Notes under the pieces: model-generated | Told to the model about the DNA's origin: nothing | Databases searched by the model: none | Seen by the model: only the letters and a program-made list of their open reading frames with translations | From: Alphaproteobacteria bacterium | GTDB lineage: Bacteria; Pseudomonadota; Alphaproteobacteria; UBA828 | Direction of reading: 5' to 3' | Assembly: GCA_965237415.1 (NCBI GenBank) | Contig: CBDEFM010000002.1 | Span: 992,001-1,056,000 of the forward strand | DNA: 64,000 nt | Shown here: positions 1 through 9,561 of the stretch, in pieces | Layout of the letters: every line of letters begins with the position of its first letter | Numbering within the stretch: position 1 is the first letter of the stretch | Position numbers and translations under genes: made by a program

Positions 1-1
1 C

Positions 2-457
2 GAGCATTACGCTTACGGTGCCGAAGCAGTGGGCCGGGCAAGCGTCTGCTCGGTTCCCCGTGCCCGCATGCGAGAGCTCTCTCGGCAATCGCCGGCTTTA
101 CATCAAGACTTGCTCCTGGCCCTCGATCGGGAGATTGCCGCAGCGCAAGAGCGGTTGTTGTGGCTCGGGCGCAAGACGGCGCGGGAGCGGCTCGCGTGCT
201 TTCTGCTGGAATGCGCCGATCGCACGGGTGAGCCGGGAGAGGACGGCACGCAAACCGTTCCGCTACCGATGAGCCAGCTCGAAATCGGCGACTATCTTGG
301 CCTCGCTTCGGAGACGGTGAGCCGAGCCCTCGCCTCGCTCGCTCGCGACGGCGCCATCGATGTCTTGCGGCCCTTTGCCGGGGTCGTCATCCGCGAGCGA
401 CGGCGCCTCGAAGCCACGACAGACGAAGGCGCTCACCTGCCCCGCGCCTATTCGTAG
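2..457 (+). CDS. Crp/Fnr (FixK/FnrN-like) transcriptional regulator, 5'-truncated by the window edge
   Basis: Frame is open from position 2. C-terminal Crp HTH signature 'ARERLACFLLE...PLPMSQLEIGDYLGLASETVSRAL'. Confidence 0.88.
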   Translation, partial: EHYAYGAEAVGRASVCSVPRARMRELSRQSPALHQDLLLALDREIAAAQERLLWLGRKTARERLACFLLECADRTGEPGEDGTQTVPLPMSQLEIGDYLGLASETVSRALASLARDGAIDVLRPFAGVVIRERRRLEATTDEGAHLPRAYS

Positions 458-514
458 CTTGGGCGTCCCAGCAGCTCGCTCGGGCCGCGCCCCGCCCAGT
501 GGTATTCTCCGCCG

Positions 515-1465
515 ATGACCCGCCCGACGCTCCGGCTCGCCCGGCTGTTCTCGATCGCGGCGTGCCTGCTCATGCCGGTTACGGCCTCAGCGGAGCCGGA
601 TACGTCTCCGACCGCTGCACCGGACATCGAACGCAGCGCCGCCATGGCCCATCGGCTTACGGCAACGCCCGGCGCCGGCGCGGAGGGCCGGTCGGTTCTG
701 CTCAACATGGCGGTTCAGGGTCACGCATCGTCCCAATACTTGCTGGGGCTCATGCACCTCGAAGGGGCCGAACTACCTCTCGACCGTGCAGAGGCCATCA
801 AATGGCTGGAGCGCGCCGCGGCCCAGCGCCATGAGGGCGCGCGCGTTCATCTCGGGGACATGGCGGCGCGCGGCGATGTGGCAGCTCATCTCGCCCTCGG
901 CCTGATTGCGCGAGACGTTGCCGGCGACAACACGGCAGCCGCGCGACATTTGCGCGCTGCGGCCACGGCGGGTGATCCACAAGGGTTGCTCGCGCTCGGC
1001 GAACTCTACAGCGCAGGCGACGCAGTCGAGCGCGACGAGGCTTACGCCGCCATTCTGTTCCGATCCGCCACGGCAGCCGCCACGACGGCGGTGCTGCACG
1101 CGCGGCAGGGTGCGGCGGCCGGCATTCTCGGCCCCGGCTCCGACGGTTGGCTGAACAATGCCGTCGACCGCACGCGTTCCGCAAACGCCTCTCCGCCCGG
1201 TGACGATGCGAGCCGGCCGGAACTCTTCGCCCGCTACTGGATCGGTCTGACGCTTCTCGCCGGTGCCGGCACGGCGACCAACACGCCGCGCGGTCTCGCT
1301 CATCACCGCGCTGCTGCCGAGCGTGGCTTCGACCTCGCCGAATTCAGCATGGGCCTCCTCTACGAGCGCGGCCACGGCCTGCCCCGAAATCTCGACCTCG
1401 CACGCCAATGGTTTGAACGTGCCGCTGCCCACGGCCACCCGCCCGTCGCGAAAGTTTGGCCCTGA
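515..1465 (+). CDS. Secreted SEL1-like repeat protein
   Basis: Signal-peptide-like N-terminus. SEL1 repeats such as 'SQYLLGLMHLEG...EAIKWLERAAAQ' and 'AEFSMGLLYERGHGLPRNLDLARQWFERAAAHGH'. Confidence 0.85.
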   Translation: MTRPTLRLARLFSIAACLLMPVTASAEPDTSPTAAPDIERSAAMAHRLTATPGAGAEGRSVLLNMAVQGHASSQYLLGLMHLEGAELPLDRAEAIKWLERAAAQRHEGARVHLGDMAARGDVAAHLALGLIARDVAGDNTAAARHLRAAATAGDPQGLLALGELYSAGDAVERDEAYAAILFRSATAAATTAVLHARQGAAAGILGPGSDGWLNNAVDRTRSANASPPGDDASRPELFARYWIGLTLLAGAGTATNTPRGLAHHRAAAERGFDLAEFSMGLLYERGHGLPRNLDLARQWFERAAAHGHPPVAKVWP

Positions 1466-1492
1466 ATTGTTAAACACGTATGAGAATAATCG

Positions 1493-2461
1493 ATGACGTG
1501 GGCGCTCGGCCGTGAGGGTACGCACGAAGTGGTCTCCGAGACCGATCGTCATGGCAAACCGCTGCGAACCCTCATCTGCATGGAAACGGGGCTGGTACGC
1601 AACGACCCCGTACCCAGCGATGAAGAGTTGGCGCGGTTCTACGCCGACGACTATCGCATTGCCTACAAGGGTGCCGCGAAACCGCGTCGCCGCCAGGCTG
1701 TGCGCAATTTTCGGCGTGTGGCAACGTATTTGCGCATGTTTCGGGACGTGCTGGATCCCGCGACGCACGTGCTGGATGTGGGGGCAGGCTCGGGTGAGTT
1801 CGCTTATCTGATGACGCGGCTCGGCAAGACTGTGAAAGGAATTGAACCGAATTCTCGTTACGCCGCGTATTGTCGTGAGGCGCTCGGGTTAGATGTCCAA
1901 ACGGCCCATCTGTCGCCTGATCTTTTTGCTCCAAGTCAATTCGATCTGATTCGCCTGAATCACGTGTTGGAGCATTTGAACGATCCAATAAGGTATCTCG
2001 GTCAGATCGCTTGCTGGCTCACGCCAGGAGGCCTGCTTTATATTGAAGTTCCGAACATTGAAGCGTATTGCCGCGAAAAGTCACGCGGCCGCATGTTCCA
2101 CTATGCACACATCTTCAATTTCAATCCGTGGACCCTGCGCACGTGCGCCGGCCTAGCTGGCCTGACCGAAGCACCGGAAACCGCTCAGCGAACTTCGGGC
2201 ACCACAGGCGCATTCTTCAAACGCGATGCCTCGGCTGCTCAGTCGATCACGACCGAGAACCCACAAAACGCACAACATGTGCAGGCAATGATCGGGGCAC
2301 ACTACGCAGGCGCGTTCAGTCAGGGCCGCACGGGGAAGCCATTCGTCAAATTCGCCAGGCGGTTCGAGGAGACGCTGACGGGGCTTGCCCTAGGTTCGCC
2401 CGCCGCCATCGGCGAGAGCGTGGCGCGCAGCCTTCGTTCGGAGACGGACGGCGCAAGATAG
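1493..2461 (+). CDS. Class I SAM-dependent methyltransferase
   Basis: Motif I 'VLDVGAGSG'; 'FDLIRLNHVLEHL' and 'LTPGGLLYIEVPN'. Confidence 0.88.
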   Translation: MTWALGREGTHEVVSETDRHGKPLRTLICMETGLVRNDPVPSDEELARFYADDYRIAYKGAAKPRRRQAVRNFRRVATYLRMFRDVLDPATHVLDVGAGSGEFAYLMTRLGKTVKGIEPNSRYAAYCREALGLDVQTAHLSPDLFAPSQFDLIRLNHVLEHLNDPIRYLGQIACWLTPGGLLYIEVPNIEAYCREKSRGRMFHYAHIFNFNPWTLRTCAGLAGLTEAPETAQRTSGTTGAFFKRDASAAQSITTENPQNAQHVQAMIGAHYAGAFSQGRTGKPFVKFARRFEETLTGLALGSPAAIGESVARSLRSETDGAR

Positions 2462-2476
2462 GGGGCGTGTCGGCCG

Positions 2477-2902
2477 TCAGCCGTCGCGGTGGGTGCGCTC
2501 GTGTCGCTCGTGGCGCTCCTGCGCCTCGACGCTGAGGGTCGCGATGGGGCGGGCCTCGAGACGGCGGATGCTGATCGGCTCGGCAGTTTCCTCGCAGTAG
2601 CCGTAGGACCCGACCTCAATCCGCTGCAGCGCCGCCTCGATCTTCGAGATGAGCTTGCGGGCGCGGTCCCGCGTGCGAAGCTGGACCGAGCGCTCCGCTT
2701 CGACGGCAGCGCGATCCCCCAGGTCCGCCTCGTGCCCGGTATCGAGCCTGAGCTTCTCCAGGGTCGCGTCCGTCTCGTCGAGGATGTCCTGCCGCCACAT
2801 TTCCAGCTTGCGCCGGAAATACTCATGCATCCGCGACGACATGAATTCTTCTCTGCTCGTTGGCCTGTACTTGGCCGGGAGCTCTACTCGCTTCTGCGCC
2901 AC
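2477..2902 (-). CDS. dksA: RNA polymerase-binding protein DksA (alphaproteobacterial, single-Cys type)
   Basis: Coiled-coil tip 'DLGDRA', 'RTRDRARKLISKIEAALQRI', 'YGYCEETAEPISIRRLEARPIATLSVEAQERHER'. GTG start at 2902 chosen because it lies downstream of the predicted promoter. Confidence 0.93.
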   Translation of the reverse strand: MAQKRVELPAKYRPTSREEFMSSRMHEYFRRKLEMWRQDILDETDATLEKLRLDTGHEADLGDRAAVEAERSVQLRTRDRARKLISKIEAALQRIEVGSYGYCEETAEPISIRRLEARPIATLSVEAQERHERHERTHRDG

Positions 2903-2936
2903 TGCCCTGCCGGATCCCACCTCGAAATGGGCGCGG

Positions 2937-2965
2937 AGTATAAAAATGCACTGGCGCCTCGGCAA
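2937..2965 (-). promoter_or_regulatory. Putative sigma70 promoter of dksA
   Basis: Minus strand reads TTGCCG-N17-TATACT, about 35 nt upstream of the GTG start. Confidence 0.55.
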
Positions 2966-3164
2966 GCCATTCCGGCACATCGGCTGCACCAGGCCGAAGA
3001 CGTCCGCATGGTGTCAGTAATCTCGCTATTTCAATGCACTAGAATAATTCTACCGGATGGAGTCACGCGCCGCCGCACCCTGAAATAGTCGACGGAGCGT
3101 TGTGCGGCTATCATGCAGGACCGCAGGCGGGACGCCGGGGCGTCCGATTAGAGAGAGAAAGACG

Positions 3165-3365
3165 ATGGTCGAGGGCCTCGCGCCAGGCGATTGGGTCAGG
3201 AACCCGCTGGCGCCGGAATGGGGCCTCGGGCAGGTGCAGTCCGTCATCGGCGACCGCGTTACCGCCAATTTCGAGAACGCGGGCAAACGCCTCATAAACG
3301 CCGCCGTGGTCAGCCTGACTCGGGTGAAGCCGCCTGCGCCGCCGTCGGAGATGTGGCCCGAGTGA
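3165..3365 (+). CDS. DUF3553-family small protein
   Basis: 'PGDWVRNPLAPEWGLGQVQSVIGDRVTANFENAGKRLIN' matches the family as I recall it. GA-rich RBS before the ATG at 3165. Confidence 0.8.
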   Translation: MVEGLAPGDWVRNPLAPEWGLGQVQSVIGDRVTANFENAGKRLINAAVVSLTRVKPPAPPSEMWPE

Positions 3366-3509
3366 ACCCGCCGCCGACTGGCGTAGCCGCTCGTCGAATC
3401 CGACATTCAAACTAGGTCTCGACCGTCGACCGGCTAGGTGTTACGCATCGGAGCCCATTGATCGCTTTGTTCGCCGATTTGGGCGAATCGGCATCGTCGG
3501 AGACCGCAG

Positions 3510-5210
3510 GTGGCTTTTTCGGGCGGAAATCAGAAACCCAGACACCCCGGTAGCGGCCGGCGCAAGGCGCGCTATACCGAAAAGGGCCGGCAAGTCGATC
3601 CCGCGGCGCGGGAGCAAATCCGCGACCTGCTGGGCGACGAGCCCAGGCGCCCCGACCTGCTGATCGAGCATCTGCACAAGATTCAGGACCGCTTCGGCTG
3701 CCTCGCGGCCCGCCATCTCGCGGCGCTCGCGGCAGAGATGCGCCTCGCCATGGCGGAAGTCTATGAGGTCGCGACCTTCTATGCCCACTTCGACGTGGCG
3801 ATGGAAGGCGAGAGCCCGCCGCCGCCGCTGACAGTCAGGGTCTGCGACAGCCTCACGTGCGAATGTTTCGGCGCGCCCGCGCTTTTGGGAGCACTCCCCG
3901 ACGCCCTAGGCGACAACGTTCGGGTGGTGCGGGCGCCCTGCATGGGCCGCTGCGAGGAGGCGCCGGTGGTCGAGGTCGGCCATCGCCACGTGACCCGGGC
4001 GACCGTGAAATCGATCCTCGCCTGCGTCGAGGGACCTGACCATGCACCGGCCATTCCGCCCTACGTGGATTTTGACGCCTATGTCGCGGGCGGAGGCTAC
4101 GAAACTCTCAAGGAGTGCCTGTCGGGCGCGCGGCAAGTCGACGACGTGATCGCCGCTCTGGAAGACAGCGGCCTCAAGGGCAAGGGCGGCGCGGGCTTCC
4201 CGACCGGGCGCAAGTGGCGCTTCGTCCGCGCCGAGACCGGCCCCCGGCTGATGGCCGTCAACGCGGACGAAGGTGAGCCCGGCACGATCAAGGATCGGGT
4301 CTACATGGAGCAGGACCCGCATCGCTTCCTCGAAGGCACGTTGATCGCCGGTTGGGCCGTCGAAGCCGCCGAATGCTACATCTATCTCCGCGACGAGTAT
4401 CCGGGCATCCGCGAGGTGCTGCTGGAGGAGATTGCGAAGCTCGACGCTGCGGGCCTCACGACACAAACCAAGCTTATCCTGCGCAGGGGCGCAGGCGCCT
4501 ACATCTGCGGCGAAGAGTCGGCGATGCTCGAGAGCATCGAGGGCAAGCGGGGCGAGCCCAGGCACAAGCCCCCCTTCCCCTCTCAGGTCGGCCTTTGGGG
4601 CCGGCCCACCCTCATTAACAATGTCGAGACGCTGCACTGGGTGCGCGACATTCTGGAGCGAGGCCCCGCCTGGTTTTCGGACGAAGGGCGCAACGGGCGT
4701 TCGGGCTTTCATAGCTTCTCGGTGTCGGGCCGGGTGAAGGAGCCGGGCGTCAAGCTCGCACCGGCGGGCATCACCATGAACGAGCTGCTGGCGGAATACT
4801 GCGGTGGCATGGCCGACGGGCACACCTTCCGCGCCTACCTGCCGGGCGGCGCCTCCGGCGGCATCCTGCCCGCCTCCATGGCCGACCTCCCGCTCGATTT
4901 CGGCACCCTCGAGTCTCACGGCTGCTTCATCGGCTCGGCCGCGGTCGTGGTGCTCTCGGATCAGGACGATCTCAAGGGTGCGGCACTCAACCTGATGCGA
5001 TTCTTCGAGGACGAGAGCTGCGGGCAATGCACGCCCTGCCGCGTCGGCTGCGAGAAGGCGGCGGTCCTGATGAGCAAGGATCGTTGGGATGCGCCGCTAT
5101 TGCGCGAGCTGAGCACTGCCATGGCCGACGCCTCGATCTGCGGTCTCGGGCAGGCGGCGCCGAACCCGCTGCTGTCCATCCTGCGCTATTTCCCGGAGGA
5201 GCTCGCATGA
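3510..5210 (+). CDS. NAD-dependent formate dehydrogenase beta (diaphorase) subunit, NuoE+NuoF-like fusion
   Basis: NuoE-like 'VYEVATFYAHF' and 'VRVCDSLTC...PCMGRC'. NuoF motifs 'GKGGAGFPTGRKW', 'NADEGEPGT', 'GAGAYICGEE', 'ESCGQCTPCRVG', 'SICGLG'. ATGA overlap with the alpha subunit. Confidence 0.9.
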   Translation: MAFSGGNQKPRHPGSGRRKARYTEKGRQVDPAAREQIRDLLGDEPRRPDLLIEHLHKIQDRFGCLAARHLAALAAEMRLAMAEVYEVATFYAHFDVAMEGESPPPPLTVRVCDSLTCECFGAPALLGALPDALGDNVRVVRAPCMGRCEEAPVVEVGHRHVTRATVKSILACVEGPDHAPAIPPYVDFDAYVAGGGYETLKECLSGARQVDDVIAALEDSGLKGKGGAGFPTGRKWRFVRAETGPRLMAVNADEGEPGTIKDRVYMEQDPHRFLEGTLIAGWAVEAAECYIYLRDEYPGIREVLLEEIAKLDAAGLTTQTKLILRRGAGAYICGEESAMLESIEGKRGEPRHKPPFPSQVGLWGRPTLINNVETLHWVRDILERGPAWFSDEGRNGRSGFHSFSVSGRVKEPGVKLAPAGITMNELLAEYCGGMADGHTFRAYLPGGASGGILPASMADLPLDFGTLESHGCFIGSAAVVVLSDQDDLKGAALNLMRFFEDESCGQCTPCRVGCEKAAVLMSKDRWDAPLLRELSTAMADASICGLGQAAPNPLLSILRYFPEELA

Positions 5211-7963
5211 GCGACGTCATCCGCTTCACCCTCGACGGCCGCGCCGTGACCGCGGAGCCGGACGAGACCATCTGGCAGGTCGCCAAGCGGAACGGGATCG
5301 ATATTCCCCACCTCTGCTACACGCCCGATCCGGGCTACCGGGCGGATGGAAACTGCCGAGCCTGCATGGTGGAAATCGAGGGTGAACGGGTGCTCGCGGC
5401 ATCCTGCATCCGCAAGCCGACCGAGGGAATGGAGGCCAGAGCCTCGGTGGAGCGCGCCGTGCGAGCCCGTGACATGGTGATGGAGCTGCTGATCGCCGAT
5501 CAGCCTCCGCCCGAATCCAGTCACGACCCGTCTTGCGAGCTGTGGGATTGGGCGGCCAGCATGGAGCGCACAACGAGCCGCTTCCCGGCTCGGCAGTCCC
5601 CGGCTCCCGACCTCAGTCACACGGCGATGGCGGTCAACCTCGATGCCTGCATCCATTGCACGCGCTGCGTGCGCGCCTGCCGCGAGGTGCAGGTCAACGA
5701 CGTGATCGGCATGGCAGGCCGCGGGGCGCGCAACAAGATCGTCTTCGACTTCGACGATCCCATGGGCGAGAGCACCTGCGTCGCCTGCGGCGAATGCGTG
5801 CAGGCCTGCCCGACCGGCGCCCTCATGCCGGCCAAGGAGGTCGGCAAGGAGACGCCGGCTAAGAAGGTGGAGAGCGTCTGCCCCTATTGCGGCGTCGGCT
5901 GCCAGCTCACCTTCAACGTCAAGGACAACAAGATCCTCTGGGTCGACGGCAAGGACGGCCCGGCCAATCACGGCAGGCTCTGCGTCAAGGGCCGCTTCGG
6001 CTTCGACTATGTCAATCACCCCCATCGATTGACGACGCCGCTGATCCGCAGGGACGATGCACCCAAGTCGGCCGATATCGACATCGACCCGGCCAGTCCC
6101 CTCACCCACTTCAGGGAAGCCAGTTGGGACGAAGCGCTCGATGCGGCGGCGGCGGGCCTCGGGCAAATCCGCGAGCGGCACGGCGCCGGAGCCCTCGCCG
6201 GTTTCGGCTCGGCCAAGGGCTCGAACGAGGAGGCCTACCTCTTCCAGAAGCTCGTGCGCACAGGCTTCGGCACCAACAATGTCGATCACTGTACGCGGCT
6301 CTGCCACGCCTCGTCGGTGGCGGCGCTGCTCGAATGCATCGGCTCCGGAGCCGTCACGGCGAGCTTCAACCAGGTCGAGCATTCAGACGTTATCATCGTC
6401 ATCGGCGCGCAGCCCACCACGAACCATCCGGTGGCCGCGACCTTCTTCAAGAACGCGGCGAAACGCGGGGCGAAGCTGATCGTCATCGACCCACGCGGCT
6501 CGGCGCTCGCCCGCCACGCGAGCCACTTCCTCCAGTTCAAGCCCGGCACGGACGTGGCGCTCCTCAACGCGCTGATGCACGTCATCGTCGAGGAAGAGCT
6601 TTACGACCGGCAGTATGTCTCGGCCCACACGGAGGGGTTCGAGCAGCTTCGAAGCCATCTCAAGGATTACGCACCGGAGGAGATGGGGCCGGTCTGCGGC
6701 ATCGAGCCCGATGTCCTGCGTGAGGTCGCGCGTCTCTACGGGCGTGCGGAAGCGGCGATCATCTTCTGGGGCATGGGAATTTCCCAGCACATTCACGGCA
6801 CCGACAACGCGCGCTGCCTCATCTCGCTGGCGCTGATCGCCGGCCAGGTGGGCCGCCCGGGCACCGGTCTCCATCCGCTGCGCGGGCAGAACAACGTGCA
6901 AGGCGCTTCCGACGCCGGTCTCATCCCGATGATGTATCCGGACTACCAGTCGGTGACCGATCCCACCCGGCGCGAAAAGTTTTCGGATTTCTGGGGGGCC
7001 GAGCTCGACCCGAACGCGGGCCTCACCGTGGTCGAGGTGATGAACGCCGCCCATGAGGGTGCCATCAAGGGCATGTACATCATGGGCGAAAACCCGGCGA
7101 TGTCGGACCCGAACCTGCGGCATGTGCGCGAAGCGCTCGCTTCGCTCGACCATCTCGTTGTCCAAGAACTCTTCCTCACCGAGACCGCGTGCTACGCCGA
7201 CGTGGTGCTGCCTGCCTCCGCATGGCCCGAGAAGGACGGCACGGTCACCAACACCAACCGCCAGGTCCAGATGGGCCGCACCGCTCTCACGATGCCTGAC
7301 GGCGCCAGGCAGGACTGGTGGATCATTCAGGAGATCGCACGCCGCATCGGGCTCGACTGGACCTATGGCGGCCCGGCCGATGTCTTTGCCGAGATGGCAG
7401 GCTGCATGCCCTCGTTCGACAACATCAGTTGGGAGAGGCTTCGCCGGGAAAGCGCCGTCACCTACCCCTGTAGCGACGAGGACGAGCCCGGCCACGACGT
7501 CATCTTCGAAGACGGCTATCCGACCCCGAGCAAGCGGGGCAAGCTCGTGCCCGCGGGAATCGTGCCGCCCGACGAATCGCCCGATGACGAGTTCCCGATG
7601 GTACTGACGACGGGCCGGATGCTCGAGCATTGGCACACCGGCGCAATGACCCGACGCGCCTCCGTGCTCGACCATCTCGAGCCCGAAGCCGTCGCCCATC
7701 TCGCGCCGGCCGAGCTCGAGCGCATGCAGATCGAGCCGGGCGCGCCGATTAAGGTCGAGACCCGGCGCGGCGCCATCGGGCTTCGTGCCCGCGCCGACGC
7801 CGGAGTTCCCGCAGGCGTCGTCTTCATCCCGTTCTGCTTTGCCGAAGCTGCCAGCAACATGCTGACCAATCCGGCCCTCGATCCCGTCGGCAAGATTCCG
7901 GAATTCAAGTACTGCGCCGCGCGCGTCACCCCGGCGGAAGTCCCTGCCGAAGCGGCTGAGTAG
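5207..7963 (+). CDS. fdhF: Formate dehydrogenase alpha subunit (Mo/W-bis-PGD, Cys ligand)
   Basis: N-terminal 2Fe-2S and 4Fe-4S motifs ('CIHCTRCVRAC', 'CVACGECVQACP', 'CPYCGVGC'). Active-site 'CTRLCHASSV' and 'LRGQNNVQG'; C-terminal 'PEFKYCA'. Confidence 0.93.
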   Translation: MSDVIRFTLDGRAVTAEPDETIWQVAKRNGIDIPHLCYTPDPGYRADGNCRACMVEIEGERVLAASCIRKPTEGMEARASVERAVRARDMVMELLIADQPPPESSHDPSCELWDWAASMERTTSRFPARQSPAPDLSHTAMAVNLDACIHCTRCVRACREVQVNDVIGMAGRGARNKIVFDFDDPMGESTCVACGECVQACPTGALMPAKEVGKETPAKKVESVCPYCGVGCQLTFNVKDNKILWVDGKDGPANHGRLCVKGRFGFDYVNHPHRLTTPLIRRDDAPKSADIDIDPASPLTHFREASWDEALDAAAAGLGQIRERHGAGALAGFGSAKGSNEEAYLFQKLVRTGFGTNNVDHCTRLCHASSVAALLECIGSGAVTASFNQVEHSDVIIVIGAQPTTNHPVAATFFKNAAKRGAKLIVIDPRGSALARHASHFLQFKPGTDVALLNALMHVIVEEELYDRQYVSAHTEGFEQLRSHLKDYAPEEMGPVCGIEPDVLREVARLYGRAEAAIIFWGMGISQHIHGTDNARCLISLALIAGQVGRPGTGLHPLRGQNNVQGASDAGLIPMMYPDYQSVTDPTRREKFSDFWGAELDPNAGLTVVEVMNAAHEGAIKGMYIMGENPAMSDPNLRHVREALASLDHLVVQELFLTETACYADVVLPASAWPEKDGTVTNTNRQVQMGRTALTMPDGARQDWWIIQEIARRIGLDWTYGGPADVFAEMAGCMPSFDNISWERLRRESAVTYPCSDEDEPGHDVIFEDGYPTPSKRGKLVPAGIVPPDESPDDEFPMVLTTGRMLEHWHTGAMTRRASVLDHLEPEAVAHLAPAELERMQIEPGAPIKVETRRGAIGLRARADAGVPAGVVFIPFCFAEAASNMLTNPALDPVGKIPEFKYCAARVTPAEVPAEAAE

Positions 7964-8002
7964 AGCTGGTTGGGGCGGGGCGCACCCGCCGGCGGTGTCA
8001 GG

Positions 8003-8743
8003 CTAAGCGGTGCTGCCGCGGCCGGAGAGCGGCACGACCGTCGTCGAAGCCTCCTCCGAGGCTTCCCCCTCCTCGGGTTCTTCGGTCGCGTCCACCGTGT
8101 CCCCACCCTCTCCCCCGAGAGGCAACTGAGCGGGGACCTCGCCCGCCCCTTCAGCCTGCGGACCGGCGCTTTCCAGGAGACCGGCAGCCTCCAGTTCGTC
8201 GACGCCGGGGAGGTCGTCGAGACTCTCCAGGCCAAAATGCTCCATGAACGCCGGCGTGGTGACCCACGTCACGGGCCGGCCCGGCGTGCGCCGGCGCCCC
8301 TTCGGCGCGATCCAGCCCGCCTCCAGCAACAGGTCGAGCGTGCCCCGCCCCAGGTGGACGCCGCGAATCTCCTCAACCTCCGCCCGCGTCACCGGCTGGT
8401 GGTAGGCGATGATGGCGAGCGTCTCCAGCGCCGCGCGCGAGAGGCGCCGGCGGACGACGCGATGCACGGTCAGGTGCTCCGCCAGATCGGGAGCGGTGCG
8501 AAACGTCCAGCCGCCCGCGACCTTCACCAAGTGGACTCCGCGGTGCTGGTAATGCGCCGCGAGCCTGGCAAGTCCCGCTTCGACATCGGTGCCTTCCGGC
8601 AACTGCGCCGCCAAAGTGGCGGCATCGACGGGCCGGCCCGCGGCGAAGATCACGGCCTCCATAATGCGGGAGGCGCGGGCGGCGCGCTCGTCGTCCTCGG
8701 TGGGTTCCACAGAGGGCGAAGTCTCTAGCGGATCGGTGGTCAT
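8003..8743 (-). CDS. scpB: SMC-Scp complex subunit ScpB
   Basis: 'LSRAALETLAIIAYHQPVTRAEVEEIRGV' and 'PGRPVTWVTTPAFMEHFGLESLDDLP'. Confidence 0.93.
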   Translation of the reverse strand: MTTDPLETSPSVEPTEDDERAARASRIMEAVIFAAGRPVDAATLAAQLPEGTDVEAGLARLAAHYQHRGVHLVKVAGGWTFRTAPDLAEHLTVHRVVRRRLSRAALETLAIIAYHQPVTRAEVEEIRGVHLGRGTLDLLLEAGWIAPKGRRRTPGRPVTWVTTPAFMEHFGLESLDDLPGVDELEAAGLLESAGPQAEGAGEVPAQLPLGGEGGDTVDATEEPEEGEASEEASTTVVPLSGRGSTA

Positions 8744-9561
8744 GGTTCTTCCCGCCTCCGGCGAAGATAGATCGGGCCAAACGGCTCCAATTGGCGAATC
8801 TGCAGGCGGCCCTCGCGCGCGAGCTCCAGGGCCGCGGCCAGTGTGCTCGCCACGCCGGAGCGGGCCATCGCGTCGCTTTCGGCAGCAGTGCCGCGGGGCA
8901 AGAAGCGCGCCAGGGTCTCCCAATCCGGCGTGCTTCCCAGCAACTGCGACATGCGCCGGTACGCATCTTCCATAGCGTGATAGGCGCTGAGCTCGATCAG
9001 CAGGCGTCGGGGTTCGCGTCGGATGCGGTGGGCGGCATAGGCCCGCAGCAGCTCGCGGAGCGTACTTTCGTGAAGCGCCTCCTCGCGCACCGGCAGGCCC
9101 TCGGCCCTGCCGGCGGCGAACACATCCTGGCCGAGTTGCGGGCGGTCCATCAGGGTCGCTGCGGCATCGCGCATCGCTGCCAGTCGCCGCAGCCTGCGGG
9201 CGAGCGCCGCCGCCATCTCGGTGCCGCTCGGCTCCTCGGCGTCGGGTTCCTCGTCGGGCAAGAGCAGCCGCGACTTGAGGTAGGCGAGCCACGCCGCCAT
9301 GACCAGATAGCCGGCCGCGAGTTCGATGCGGAGCCGCCGGGCCTGTGTGACATAGGCCAGATACTGCTCGGCCAGCGCCAGTATGGAGATGCGCGCGAGG
9401 TCGACCTTCTGCGTGCGGGCGAGCGTAAGCAGCAGATCGAGCGGACCCTCGAAGCCGTCGAGATTGACGATCAGCTGAGACTCATCCTCGGCTGCACCGG
9501 GACGGGGCGAGGCTGTACCCCGCCGGCCGGCGTCGTCTTCTAGCGGCGTCAGATGGGCCAT
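8740..9561 (-). CDS. scpA: Segregation/condensation protein ScpA
   Basis: 'LDGFEGPLDLLLTLARTQKVDL', 'YLVMAAWLAYLKSRLLLP', 'LELAREG..IRQ..PFGPIYL'. Confidence 0.93.
   Translation of the reverse strand: MAHLTPLEDDAGRRGTASPRPGAAEDESQLIVNLDGFEGPLDLLLTLARTQKVDLARISILALAEQYLAYVTQARRLRIELAAGYLVMAAWLAYLKSRLLLPDEEPDAEEPSGTEMAAALARRLRRLAAMRDAAATLMDRPQLGQDVFAAGRAEGLPVREEALHESTLRELLRAYAAHRIRREPRRLLIELSAYHAMEDAYRRMSQLLGSTPDWETLARFLPRGTAAESDAMARSGVASTLAAALELAREGRLQIRQLEPFGPIYLRRRREEP

Noticed and set aside
6289-6320. Selenocysteine recoding in formate dehydrogenase
   Set aside because: The active-site residue is encoded by TGC (Cys) and the frame has no internal TGA.
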